DNA of 64,000 nucleotides from Candidatus Saccharimonadales bacterium (GTDB lineage: Bacteria; Patescibacteriota; Saccharimonadia; UBA4664; SCTI01). Shown piece by piece: positions 40,009 through 49,128 of this stretch (positions are counted from its first letter, which is position 1; every line of letters begins with the position of its first letter). A program made the translations under genes and the position numbers. The stretch is from assembly GCA_035479795.1 (NCBI GenBank), contig DATIII010000001.1, positions 7,087 to 71,086 of the forward strand. Direction: 5' to 3'. Under the pieces are notes generated by a model, which ran no database searches, had not been told where the DNA came from, and was given only the letters and a program-made list of their open reading frames with translations.

Positions 40009-40143
40009 CTACTTCTTCGGGACCTTGCCGTCCTTGCACTCCGGGTTGGAGCAGGAATTTGGGCCACCAGGGCCAAGCATGCTATGCCGACGGCCAGTGC
40101 CGTTGCAGGTCGGGCACTTCTCAGTTTCTTGAGTGAAGCCCAT
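40009..40143 (-). CDS. Mini zinc-ribbon ORF (44 aa; CPTCNGTG...CSNPEC, i.e. DnaJ-like CxxCxGxG plus CxxxxC); speculative.
   Basis: Found by hand translation; below the ORF-track length cutoff. No SD. Confidence 0.25.
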   Translation of the reverse strand: MGFTQETEKCPTCNGTGRRHSMLGPGGPNSCSNPECKDGKVPKK

Positions 40144-40489
40144 GGTGCCTACTTCTTGCTCGAAGGGGTGGGTGTCGGCAGCTGCTGCTTAGCCGCCTTG
40201 AGAGCACGATCGCCTTCTGTCTTGAGATGGCGAATAAACCGACGTACGGTCTCCTCGCCTGGCCGGCCGAGGCCGCTGGCCGGAGAGACCGGCACCCGCT
40301 TTTTCACCGCGGTCACGGTGCTGGATAGGTGTAGAAACGGCGAAAACCATCGGTCTTCATTGCAGTCCTCTCGTCCTTCGGGTTTGAAACCGACCGTCCA
40401 TTTATACGCGAGTCGGCCCTTTCTTGCAAGTCGCCATGAAGCCGCAAAGAAGGCTGCCAAAATAGCAAATTATTGGCAGATTGCTAAAA

Positions 40490-40789
40490 TTATGAGTTCA
40501 GACGATCAACATACTCCATGCCAGCGCGAGCCAGATCCAGCCAATCTTCGGCATGCTCGGGGCTAACCTGCACCCATTGTTTCATCGGTCGACCAGCCAT
40601 TGGCTCGAACAAGTGACTGTCCTCCAGCGCCATGGCGCGAGCGTGATCCGGCTCGTCGAGCTTGATCACAATGTCGTCGTGATAATCGACAGCAAAGCCC
40701 TTGCCGCTCACCATTAAGCAGCGATGGCCAAACATTTTACGAGCGGTGGCACCTTCGGCCTCCAGAGTCTGGGCAACTTCCTCGAACAT
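40490..40789 (-). CDS. TfoX N-terminal-domain-like protein (99 aa).
   Basis: KMFGHRCLMVSGKGFAV...IVIKLD resembles the TfoX_N fold. Start overlaps the upstream gene stop (ATGA). Confidence 0.45.
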   Translation of the reverse strand: MFEEVAQTLEAEGATARKMFGHRCLMVSGKGFAVDYHDDIVIKLDEPDHARAMALEDSHLFEPMAGRPMKQWVQVSPEHAEDWLDLARAGMEYVDRLNS

Positions 40790-41184
40790 TAAAGCGCTCC
40801 GGGGGGTCGATTGTAGCCCGACGGGCCGGGATGCGGCTCCAGGTGCAGGGCTACCACTGGGTGAGATCCAACAGCTTCGGCACCCACATGAGCGCCGTGA
40901 ATACCGCGAAAGTTATTAGCCAGCTGGATTTTATCGCGAGCCGACAGGTTAGAATGCTGGATACTCGAAACGGCCGAGGCAATGTCCGGGTGATCCATTT
41001 TAGCCACCACCCGAAACTTCTGCCGGTCCATAAAGGTGTTGTGGCCGCTCATGTGAACGAGGTCACCAACATTAATGCTTTGATGATGGGCATCGGCCAG
41101 TCGCAGCGCGGTAAAGCCCTTGGCATGAGGCACGCCATGGAGCATGACATCATAGGGCTGATGCGAAAGGGTGTGAGGCTGCAT
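40789..41184 (-). CDS. His-rich hypothetical protein (131 aa).
   Basis: Translationally coupled (1-nt overlaps) to the SDR gene upstream and the TfoX-N gene downstream. Confidence 0.4.
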   Translation of the reverse strand: MQPHTLSHQPYDVMLHGVPHAKGFTALRLADAHHQSINVGDLVHMSGHNTFMDRQKFRVVAKMDHPDIASAVSSIQHSNLSARDKIQLANNFRGIHGAHVGAEAVGSHPVVALHLEPHPGPSGYNRPPGAL

Positions 41185-41969
41185 TAGCGACCCCTGCGCC
41201 AGCTAAAATTTTTCAGCGCCACTCCCGTCGGTACAAACCGCAGGAGGCCAATGCGCCACTTATTTTTACCCCCGGCTATAACAACCCTCCGGCCGGCCAT
41301 CATGGCGCCATATCCTTCCTTGGCTACTTCATGGGCCGACATGGCCCGGGCATTGAACTTAGCGACATTAACACCGGCCGAGGCGGCCCAATGAGTCACC
41401 GTTGGGCCTGGGCACAGTGCCGTGACAATTACGCCGCTGCCCTTTAATTCTTGATGAATCGCCTGTGAAAATGACAGCACGTAAGCTTTGGTGGCGTGGT
41501 AAACCGCCATAAATGGGCCCGGTGCAAAGGCCGCTGTCGAGGCTACATTGAGCACCCGACCATTGCCGCGCTTAACCATGCCTGATACAACCAGCGCGGT
41601 CAGTTCGGTTAGCACAGCCGCATTAACCTGAATCATGTCCAGGCCACGCTTAATATCGGCATCGGCAATGGCCTCGCGATGGCCGAATCCGGCATTGTTT
41701 ATTAATATCTCGAGCTCAATTTTGTTATCCTCAAGCTCCTGCATAATCTTGGCCGCTGCCCCCTTTTTGGCCAAATCCTGCTCGATTGAGAGAACATTGA
41801 TGTTATAAACGTGCCTTAAATCCGCAGCAATAGCGCCTAGCCGCTCATGACTGCGCGCCACCAACACCAGATCATGACCGTGCTCAGCGCAGATGGTCGC
41901 TAGCTCCAGACCGATGCCCCCGGAGGCCCCGGTAATTAATGCGGTTTTGTTCCAACCCCGACTCGTCAT
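41184..41969 (-). CDS. Short-chain dehydrogenase/reductase (SDR).
   Basis: TGASGGIG cofactor motif. YxxxK (YHATKAY). Confidence 0.85.
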   Translation of the reverse strand: MTSRGWNKTALITGASGGIGLELATICAEHGHDLVLVARSHERLGAIAADLRHVYNINVLSIEQDLAKKGAAAKIMQELEDNKIELEILINNAGFGHREAIADADIKRGLDMIQVNAAVLTELTALVVSGMVKRGNGRVLNVASTAAFAPGPFMAVYHATKAYVLSFSQAIHQELKGSGVIVTALCPGPTVTHWAASAGVNVAKFNARAMSAHEVAKEGYGAMMAGRRVVIAGGKNKWRIGLLRFVPTGVALKNFSWRRGR

Positions 41970-42049
41970 AAGAGCAGTTTACAGCTAACGGCAGGCAGTT
42001 TACAGTTTTTGAATCTGTCAGCTGTATACTGTAGGCTGTCGGTCTTTAT

Positions 42050-42139
42050 GGAGAGGTGGCCGAGTGGTCGAAGGCGCACGCTTGGAAAGCGTGTATACGG
42101 GAAACCGTATCCAGGGTTCGAATCCCTGTCTCTCCGCCA
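42050..42139 (+). tRNA. tRNA-Ser (anticodon GGA), CCA encoded.
   Basis: Manual fold: acceptor GGAGAGG/TCTCTCC, anticodon loop TTGGAAA, long variable arm, T-arm GGTTCGAATCC. Confidence 0.85.
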
Positions 42140-42200
42140 AATACAGCTAGTTCGAACCGCCAGATTGTAAACGGTCTAGTATTCGCTGTAAACTTGAGCT

Positions 42201-42965
42201 ATGGCCTTAATAGAGCTAAAAAACATAAGCAAGGTTTTTAAAACCGGCGACAGCCAAACGGTCGCCTTGCGTAATGTTGATCTAGAGATAAATAGCGGCG
42301 AGTTTATTGCCATCGTTGGCCCGTCGGGGTCTGGAAAATCAACTCTCATGCACATCCTTGGCCTGCTCGACTCCCCCACCGAGGGGTCGTATAGCCTAAA
42401 CGGCCGCAGTGTCTTGCGGCGTCATGACAGCCAACTGGCCAAACTGCGCCGCTCAGACATCGGCTTTGTATTTCAGTCTTTCAACCTATTGCCACGACTC
42501 TCCGTGATACAAAACGTTATCTTGCCCATGGTATATGCTGGTGTTCCAGCCAGCCAGCGCAAGGGACGAGCCTTTGAATTGCTGACCAAGGTCGGCGTGC
42601 AGCACCGGGCAGCGTATAAAATCAGCCAAATTAGTGGTGGCGAAACCCAACGGGTGGCCGTCGCCCGAGCCCTAGCCAATAACCCAAGTCTCATCCTGGC
42701 CGACGAACCGACGGGTAACCTCGATTCCAAGAGTAGTCAGGCCATTATTGATCTCCTAAAAGCCCTGAATCGCGACGGTAATACCGTAATTATTGTGACG
42801 CACAACCCAGAAATCGCCGAGCAGGCCGATCGAGTGATTGAACTACGTGACGGCGAAATAACCAAGGCCCGGGCGACCGTACCAAAAAGACGAATGCGCG
42901 AACTCGACCCGGAATCGACCCTGCATGGCTCCGGCAAGCGCACTGAACAAAGGAAAAGGCAATGA
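42201..42965 (+). CDS. ABC transporter ATP-binding protein (MacB/LolD/FtsE-like).
   Basis: Walker A GPSGSGKST. Signature LSGGETQRVAVARAL. Walker B LILADEPT. Confidence 0.9.
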   Translation: MALIELKNISKVFKTGDSQTVALRNVDLEINSGEFIAIVGPSGSGKSTLMHILGLLDSPTEGSYSLNGRSVLRRHDSQLAKLRRSDIGFVFQSFNLLPRLSVIQNVILPMVYAGVPASQRKGRAFELLTKVGVQHRAAYKISQISGGETQRVAVARALANNPSLILADEPTGNLDSKSSQAIIDLLKALNRDGNTVIIVTHNPEIAEQADRVIELRDGEITKARATVPKRRMRELDPESTLHGSGKRTEQRKRQ

Positions 42966-44191
42966 TGCGAGAAAACGTCAAAATGGCATTCAGATCGATT
43001 GCCGGAGCCAAAATGCGCACCTTCCTGACCATGCTCGGCATGATCATTGGTGTCAGCGCCGTGGTGGCCATTAATTCGATTGGCCAGGGACTAAAGAGCC
43101 AGATTACCGGCCAGGTTAATGATCTTGGGGCTAATTTAATTTTTGTGTTGCCGGGACAGGTCGTATCCACCAATAATGGCAAGCAGAGCTTTAACCCGAC
43201 GGCCAGTATTGGCACATCTACCCTGACGACCAAAGACGTTACCACGATCGAAGATACCAAGGGCGTGCAGAAAACGACCATTCTGTCGCTAATGTCGGGG
43301 GTAGTCGAGCACAGCGGCACCACCGCACCCGGTGCACTGCTGATTGCCACCACAGCTTCATATAACCAGGTAGTGGAGAGCCCGAAAATAGATAAAGGTC
43401 GGTTTCTAAAAAGCAGCGATGACGACGCCTATGTGGCGGTAATCGGTCCCGGCGCTCGCGACACCTTGTTTGGCAAGGACTCAGGTCCGGTAGGCGGCAA
43501 AATCAGCATCCGCGGTAGCGAGTTCGAGGTGGTTGGCGTGCTGGGTTCCAGCGGTAGCAATGGCTCTTCGGTGAGCGGCCCAAGTCTGGACGATGCCATC
43601 TTTGTAAGTGTGGGTGCTGCCCGGAAATTAACCGGCGTCGAACCCTCAATTTTCCGCGTAGGAGTGAAGGCCGATAATCAAGACGATGTCAGCCCCACCG
43701 TCGACCGCATAAAATCAGCGCTTAAAAAGAACCATGGCGGCCAGGAAGACTTTAGTGTATTAACTCAAAAGGACCTACTCTCGACCGTATCGACCATTCT
43801 AAACGCGCTAACCAGTGGCATTGCCGCAATTGCCGCGATTGCGCTACTGGTGGGCGGAATCGGCATCATGAACATCATGCTGGTTTCGGTAACCGAACGA
43901 ACTCGTGAAGTCGGCTTGCGCAAAGCCCTTGGCGCGACTAGTCGGATGGTACTTTCGCAGTTCCTAATCGAAGCCATTGTGCTGAGCGTACTCGGAGGTG
44001 GGCTAGGTGTTGGCCTAGCCTTTATCGGAGGAAATCTGGCAGGGCGACTTATAAAAATCACACCCGTCTTTACCCCGCAAATCATTGCCGTAGCCTTCGG
44101 GATATCAGTGGCCGTTGGCGTCATCTTCGGTATCGCGCCGGCAATAAAAGCCGCCCGCATGCGCCCCATCACCGCCTTGCGTTATGAGTAG
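42962..44191 (+). CDS. ABC transporter permease (FtsX/MacB-like, with a large periplasmic loop).
   Basis: N-terminal TM, long extracytoplasmic domain, then three C-terminal TM helices. Overlaps the ATPase gene by 4 nt. Confidence 0.85.
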   Translation: MMRENVKMAFRSIAGAKMRTFLTMLGMIIGVSAVVAINSIGQGLKSQITGQVNDLGANLIFVLPGQVVSTNNGKQSFNPTASIGTSTLTTKDVTTIEDTKGVQKTTILSLMSGVVEHSGTTAPGALLIATTASYNQVVESPKIDKGRFLKSSDDDAYVAVIGPGARDTLFGKDSGPVGGKISIRGSEFEVVGVLGSSGSNGSSVSGPSLDDAIFVSVGAARKLTGVEPSIFRVGVKADNQDDVSPTVDRIKSALKKNHGGQEDFSVLTQKDLLSTVSTILNALTSGIAAIAAIALLVGGIGIMNIMLVSVTERTREVGLRKALGATSRMVLSQFLIEAIVLSVLGGGLGVGLAFIGGNLAGRLIKITPVFTPQIIAVAFGISVAVGVIFGIAPAIKAARMRPITALRYE

Positions 44192-44822
44192 CCAGAGCGT
44201 CTTACACCCCGATCACAACATGCCTAGGTCGGAGCTGGCTGTCGTCTTTGCCAGGCAGTTAAAGAGGCTCGAGGAGCTCGGCTACACAGCCAAGCTTTCA
44301 CTCGCCCACCACGATGCGCTGATGGGGTTGGAAAAGAAGGTGTTGGCCATCAACCCTTTGGAAGTTGATGAGGCTATGCCCTTCGCAATTGTCATCCCTG
44401 AATCGGTGATACCTCTAACCGCCCAACTAAAATTGGCCGGGGCTTATTCCTTTCTTCCCGCCAATGAAATGCATGACCGGTTCGACGAACCGGAGATTGA
44501 TCAACCCTATCTGATAAAAGATATTTCGGCGGGCAAGGATACTGCTCGCTCGAGCAGTGACAACGCCGTCAAGAAAATCACCTCGGCGGGGCGGCTGCCG
44601 CTCGACATTTACGAGACCTTAGCGGTGATCCTGCACTACTCTGTGATGAATGAGGACATTCGCGGTCTGCACGCGGCCCGCACCATCCACCGACGGGCAG
44701 GTGATGAAGATACGGTAATCGATTTGTATCGCTTTGCGGACTCACTTAAGGTTAAGCGCGACACCGGCGATAAAAATGACCCTCAGTGGGTCACCCCCTC
44801 GTGCAAAGAGCGAGTAATTTAG
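44184..44822 (+). CDS. Hypothetical protein (212 aa) co-transcribed with the ABC transporter.
   Basis: 8-nt overlap with the permease gene. Confidence 0.45.
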   Translation: MSSQSVLHPDHNMPRSELAVVFARQLKRLEELGYTAKLSLAHHDALMGLEKKVLAINPLEVDEAMPFAIVIPESVIPLTAQLKLAGAYSFLPANEMHDRFDEPEIDQPYLIKDISAGKDTARSSSDNAVKKITSAGRLPLDIYETLAVILHYSVMNEDIRGLHAARTIHRRAGDEDTVIDLYRFADSLKVKRDTGDKNDPQWVTPSCKERVI

Positions 44823-45850
44823 CCTAGTTCTTTTTTGAGCTTTTCGATCAGCTCGACGGGTATCGGATCAATCTTGTTCAAGAAGGCTAGGTAGGCGCTG
44901 ATAAAGTCGCCGAGCAGCAAGGTCCAGAGCATCTGCTGCAGCTTGGTTTGCCCATGAGCCTCGACAATAATCGGGGCTGGCATAGTGCCGCTGAGTAATT
45001 TATTAGAAACTTCAAAGCGCTTTTTTACCCGCTCGCCGTCGAGGCTGGATTGCAGCTGGACAACCTGCAGCAGGGTGTCTTTAGGATGGGCCCAGCCAAT
45101 AAATTCATTATGGTTATATTCGGGAACTTGATTCCAGAAGGCCACATTCTTAGCATTCTCATTGATATCAATCTTCCACTTCATGGCTGGGAAGGCCAAG
45201 CTCGGACCGCCGTAAACCACTATCGGGTGGCCCACTAATCGCTTAGCTACTTGCTTGGCGATGTTATCGGCCTCGGGAACGGTCGCAATGAAACTATTTA
45301 TCTCCTCTAGCAGCCATTCGGCATTGGTTTCCAGCTCATCGGTGATGCCATCGACGAGACCGAGATGCTCAATCACCGTAGCCAAGGCCTTAACACTGTA
45401 AAAAACCGCTAGCCGGGGCTGCAGGCCAGTTGGCACCGTCATTAGCGCATGGCCTCGCGACTCAGCCAACTCGCTTAGCTTGCCGCCAGAGGTGATAATT
45501 ATAATATGACTCTTAAACTTCTCGGCCTGGTCTAGGAAGCTCAGTGTTTCTTCGGTGTTGCCCGAGTAGCTCGAAGCAATGATCAAGGTATGTTCGCCCA
45601 CGTAGGCTGGCATGGTGTAATCGCGGACTATTTCAAATGGGATCGGCAGGCGATCCCCAAGCCAGGAGCGAATGAATTCGGCTGCCAGGGCCGAGCCGCC
45701 CATTCCGGCGAGAACAATATTGCGCAAATCGGCTACCACTGGCGCTTCCACCTCAAACTGGTGTCGCAGCTGGTCGGCCTGCCCGGCAATCATTCCAAGG
45801 CCATTAGAACGGTCAAACTGGGCAATGTAGTTGGGTTCGTCTAGCATCAA
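44819..45850 (-). CDS. Bifunctional phosphoglucose/phosphomannose isomerase-like SIS-domain protein.
   Basis: SIS motif (VLAGMGGSALAAEF...IIASSYSGNTEETL). Confidence 0.75.
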   Translation of the reverse strand: MMLDEPNYIAQFDRSNGLGMIAGQADQLRHQFEVEAPVVADLRNIVLAGMGGSALAAEFIRSWLGDRLPIPFEIVRDYTMPAYVGEHTLIIASSYSGNTEETLSFLDQAEKFKSHIIIITSGGKLSELAESRGHALMTVPTGLQPRLAVFYSVKALATVIEHLGLVDGITDELETNAEWLLEEINSFIATVPEADNIAKQVAKRLVGHPIVVYGGPSLAFPAMKWKIDINENAKNVAFWNQVPEYNHNEFIGWAHPKDTLLQVVQLQSSLDGERVKKRFEVSNKLLSGTMPAPIIVEAHGQTKLQQMLWTLLLGDFISAYLAFLNKIDPIPVELIEKLKKELG

Positions 45851-45953
45851 AACTCCTTTGCCCTATTGTGCCACAGCTGTCCCAAGGCAACAAAAAAGCC
45901 CTTACGGGCGGTAAAGTTTAAGTTTATGACAAGACGGCAAATGGTTTCCACCA

Positions 45954-45977
45954 GGCGGGGGCTTAGAAGCCCCCGCT
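45954..45977. other. GC-rich hairpin GCGGGGGCTTAGAAGCCCCCGC, related to the hairpin in the cassette repeats.
   Basis: Read in the sequence. Confidence 0.4.
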
Positions 45978-46023
45978 CGGCGGATGTCCGATCCCTCCGG
46001 ATCAGTTTGAGAAGCCCTTTAAG

Positions 46024-46094
46024 CGGCGAGAGTGGGATTCGAACCCACGTCTCCGGCTTGTGGCCGGCATCTTGGTCCACTAGACGAGCCCGCC
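46024..46094 (-). tRNA. tRNA-like gene (71 nt), aberrant. Good acceptor and T-arm (GTGGGTTCGAATCCCAC), 3-4 bp D-stem, anticodon arm ambiguous (loop CCACAAG or 5-nt CACAA). Possible pseudogene or unusual tRNA.
   Basis: Manual fold. No U33. Anticodon cannot be assigned confidently. Confidence 0.4.
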
Positions 46095-46095
46095 A

Positions 46096-46169
46096 AGCGG
46101 CCCGAGGGACTCGAACCCTCGATCCTCCCGATTACGTGTCGGGTGCTCTACCAACTGAGCTAGGGCCGC
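46096..46169 (-). tRNA. tRNA-Thr (anticodon CGT as folded); no encoded CCA.
   Basis: Acceptor GCGGCCC/GGGCCGC. D-arm GCTCAGTTGGTAGAGC. Anticodon arm CCCGA-CACGTAA-TCGGG. T-arm GAGGGTTCGAGTCCCTC. Confidence 0.75.
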
Positions 46170-46185
46170 GCTGACTAAAAAGTAG

Positions 46186-46290
46186 CGGCTAGGGCGGGAT
46201 TCGAATCCACTTCGTGAGAAGACCCGCCAGAGTTGGACTGGCCCTCTCCGTCTTACGGGAGCGCTCTCCCACGTGAGCTACAGGCCCCAC
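46186..46290 (-). other. Chimeric tRNA-like sequence. It has a canonical tRNA 5' half (GGGGCCTGTAGCTCACGTGGGAGAGCGC), then a disrupted anticodon region, a GCCAG-TCCAACT-CTGGC hairpin, and a displaced T-arm/3'-end fragment (GGATTCGAATCCCGCC) that resembles the 3' end of the 46024-46094 element.
   Basis: Manual inspection. No consistent cloverleaf could be built. Confidence 0.3.
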
Positions 46291-47063
46291 GAAGTGCATT
46301 ACGTTGCGGCTATGAAGCCGCGAGGACGGATTCGTCGGCCTGTGCTCTTATCGAGCCCGGCGGATCTTGTTGTCCGCGCTACGCCAACGCCTGTCTCATC
46401 CCCGCGGCTTCGCCGCACTACATCAAGGAATCCTGCTATCTTTGGGTACTGCGCCCGCCGGAATTCTCCTGCTCGTCGCCCTCTTCTAAGGAACGACCCT
46501 TTACGCCGTTTTCAGCGGAGAACTTAATCCGACGGGCTTACCTAACGCGAGCAAAGACTCTCCTTCCTCGCATTGGTGGCAGAACGAAGACACGGCCGAA
46601 GCCGGATCTCCTCCTTTCCTTGGTGGTTAAGCTTTGGAGAACGGGAACGATCACCGTAAGTGCTGCTTGGACGGGGCCAAATAGCTCCGCGTCGGCGAGC
46701 GAAGGTAGGTGATCGCGGCCTTAGCCGTTAATCGCGTTCTCGCAGGATAATCCCTTCCTCAGTCAGGACCAGGATCAGCCTCAGTTGACAGGCTCTACCA
46801 CGAAATAGAACCTCGCAACTGAGGCTGAAATGCCATCTTGTCAAAGTAAGTTGCGAACTAGTGCTTATCCAAACTCACAACTTATAGTCGTAAAAACTAC
46901 TCCTTATTGTCAGATATGTCAACAGTTATTGTCTCGGAGGGTAAATTTATCCTTGATTGGTGCCAAGACAAGAAACGAAGATGCCCGCAAGCGAGGCGTA
47001 CAAATAGTACGTCGAGTGCGGACTGCAAGTCGTGACGCCGTATTGCGCCGAGCAGGGATAAAT

Positions 47064-48722
47064 TTAGTACATTCCGCCCATGCCACCCATATCGGGTGTA
47101 CCGCCTACCGGCTTTTCTTCTGGAATATCAACGATCAGCGCACCCATGGTCATGGCCGTACCGGCGATAGAAGCCGCGTTCTGGACGGCCTCACGCGTCA
47201 CCTTGGCCGGATCCACAATGCCTTCGGCCTTAAGATCAATCAACTTTTCTGGGCTATTAACGTCAAAGCCATGGCCGCCAGACTTCGACTCCAGCACCTT
47301 GGGTAGCTTCTCGTCGGGATTAAGTCCGGCATTATTCATCAGCTGCTTAAATGGCTGAACCAAAGCATTCTTTAAAATCAGCTTGCCAGCATCCGCCGAA
47401 TTACTGACCCGCGTCGAATCAATATCGAGCTGCTTCGAAAGATCCACCAGCGTCACGCCACCGCCGGGCACGATCCCTTCGGCCACGGCTGCTTTGGTGG
47501 CTGCTACCGCATCGTCAACCCGGTACTTCTTTTCTTCAATCTCGGTTTCAGTGGCGCCGCCGACTTTAATTACCGCCACTTTGCCAGCCATGGCCGCCAG
47601 ACGCTCATCCAGCTTTTCCTTATCAAATTCACTGCTAGCATTGTCGGCCTGGGCTTTGATTTGCGTCATGCGGGAATCGACTTCGGCCGAGTTGCCACCA
47701 CCTTCAATAATCGTGGCGTCATCCTTCGTGGCAATAATCTTCCTGGCACTACCCAGCATATCCAGGGTGGCGTTTTCAAAGCTGGTACCTTGATCGTCAC
47801 TGATTACGGTCGCGCCGGTTAGAACAGCCAAGTCCTCTAGGATGGCCTTGCGCCGGTCGCCAAAGCTCGGAGCCTTAATGGCCAGGGCGCTAAACACACC
47901 CTTGAGCCGGTTAAGCACCAGGGTGGCCAATGCCTCGCCGTCGACATCCTCGGCAATAATCACCAGCTCTTTCTTGCCGCCCTGCGCCACCTTTTCTAGC
48001 ACCGGCAGAATGTCTTGAATCGAACTAATCTTCTTATCGGTAATCAAAATGGCCGGACTGTCGTAAACCGCCTCCATCCGCGCCGTATCAGTCACCATGT
48101 AGGCCGATACATAGCCCTTATCGAGCTTATAGCCTTCAACCACTTCTTTTTCCAGGCCTAGGGTCTGCGACTGCTCAACAGTCACGCTGCCCTCTTCGCC
48201 CACAGCTTCGATAACATCGGCAATCAAGCTGCCAATTTCAGCATCCCCCGCGGAAACGGTGGCCACCTGGGCAATCTTTTCTTTGTTGCCAGCAATCTTT
48301 TCCGATATGCCACTGATCTTCCCTAATACCTCGGCCGCAGCTGAATCGAGGCCCTTCCTCAAATCCATTGGATTGTGGCCAGCCTCAATCAGCCGATTAG
48401 CCTCATCTAAGATGTGATAAGTCAGCACGGTAGCGGTGGTGGTGCCATCGCCCACGGTGTCGTTGGTCTTCGAAGCCGCTTGCTTGACCAGCTCGGCACC
48501 AACTCCGCGACCCAGGGTGTCATCATCCTTCTTCTGCTCGATATCCACCGCCTTGGCCACGGTTACGCCGTCGTGCGTCACGCTGGGTCCGCCATAGCTT
48601 TTACCAATCACCACATTGCGACCCTTCGGCCCCATCGTGACCTTGACGGCCTCGTATAATTCCCGCGCGCCTTCGAGCACACGCTTGCGGGCTTCACTTT
48701 CGGATACAATTCGTTTTGCCAT
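47064..48722 (-). CDS. groL: Chaperonin GroEL.
   Basis: 552 aa, C-terminal GGM repeats, canonical GroEL motifs. Confidence 0.97.
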   Translation of the reverse strand: MAKRIVSESEARKRVLEGARELYEAVKVTMGPKGRNVVIGKSYGGPSVTHDGVTVAKAVDIEQKKDDDTLGRGVGAELVKQAASKTNDTVGDGTTTATVLTYHILDEANRLIEAGHNPMDLRKGLDSAAAEVLGKISGISEKIAGNKEKIAQVATVSAGDAEIGSLIADVIEAVGEEGSVTVEQSQTLGLEKEVVEGYKLDKGYVSAYMVTDTARMEAVYDSPAILITDKKISSIQDILPVLEKVAQGGKKELVIIAEDVDGEALATLVLNRLKGVFSALAIKAPSFGDRRKAILEDLAVLTGATVISDDQGTSFENATLDMLGSARKIIATKDDATIIEGGGNSAEVDSRMTQIKAQADNASSEFDKEKLDERLAAMAGKVAVIKVGGATETEIEEKKYRVDDAVAATKAAVAEGIVPGGGVTLVDLSKQLDIDSTRVSNSADAGKLILKNALVQPFKQLMNNAGLNPDEKLPKVLESKSGGHGFDVNSPEKLIDLKAEGIVDPAKVTREAVQNAASIAGTAMTMGALIVDIPEEKPVGGTPDMGGMGGMY

Positions 48723-48731
48723 AAAATACTC

Positions 48732-48992
48732 CTACTTAACGACCGCTAGGACGTCTTCTTCTTTCATAATCATCATTTCATCGCCATCAACTTTGACGTT
48801 GTCAGGCTTGTATTGGCTGTAAACGATCTGATCGCCCACCTTAATTTCCTTAACATCCTTGCCCACTGCCACGACTTCACCAATCTGCGGCTTTTCCTTG
48901 GCGGCATCAGGTACATAAAAACCGGATGATGTTTTAGCCTGGGCTTCTAGGGGTTTGGCCACCAAGCGGTCGGCCAACGGCTGTAGTTTCAT
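48732..48992 (-). CDS. groS: Co-chaperonin GroES.
   Basis: 86 aa. Strong SD (AAGGAGGAATT-ATG). Confidence 0.95.
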   Translation of the reverse strand: MKLQPLADRLVAKPLEAQAKTSSGFYVPDAAKEKPQIGEVVAVGKDVKEIKVGDQIVYSQYKPDNVKVDGDEMMIMKEEDVLAVVK

Positions 48993-49128
48993 AATTCCTC
49001 CTTACACTGTGACAAAATTTGGCACTCTCGCGCTTCGACTGCCAAAATATTATTATTTATCAACCAAGCACTGTCAATGTCAGTACGCGCAATCGTAAAA
49101 CGCAACAGAGTCGGTATAATTAATCCCA

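Noticed and set aside
38820-40076. ORFs 38820-39224 and 39594-40076 (minus) and 39194-39784 (+).
   Set aside because: They overlap the better-supported 39068-39829 ORF or lie antisense to it, in GC-rich DNA, with Arg/Pro-rich translations.
46233-46712. 159-aa and 84-aa + strand ORFs across the tRNA cluster and non-coding region.
   Set aside because: They overlap tRNA genes and have low-complexity translations with no start context.
46291-47063. Calling RNase P RNA, tmRNA or SRP RNA in the groEL-downstream region.
   Set aside because: Only short, partial motif resemblances in inconsistent orientations. This cannot be supported without covariance-model searches, so it is kept as a candidate-ncRNA finding only.
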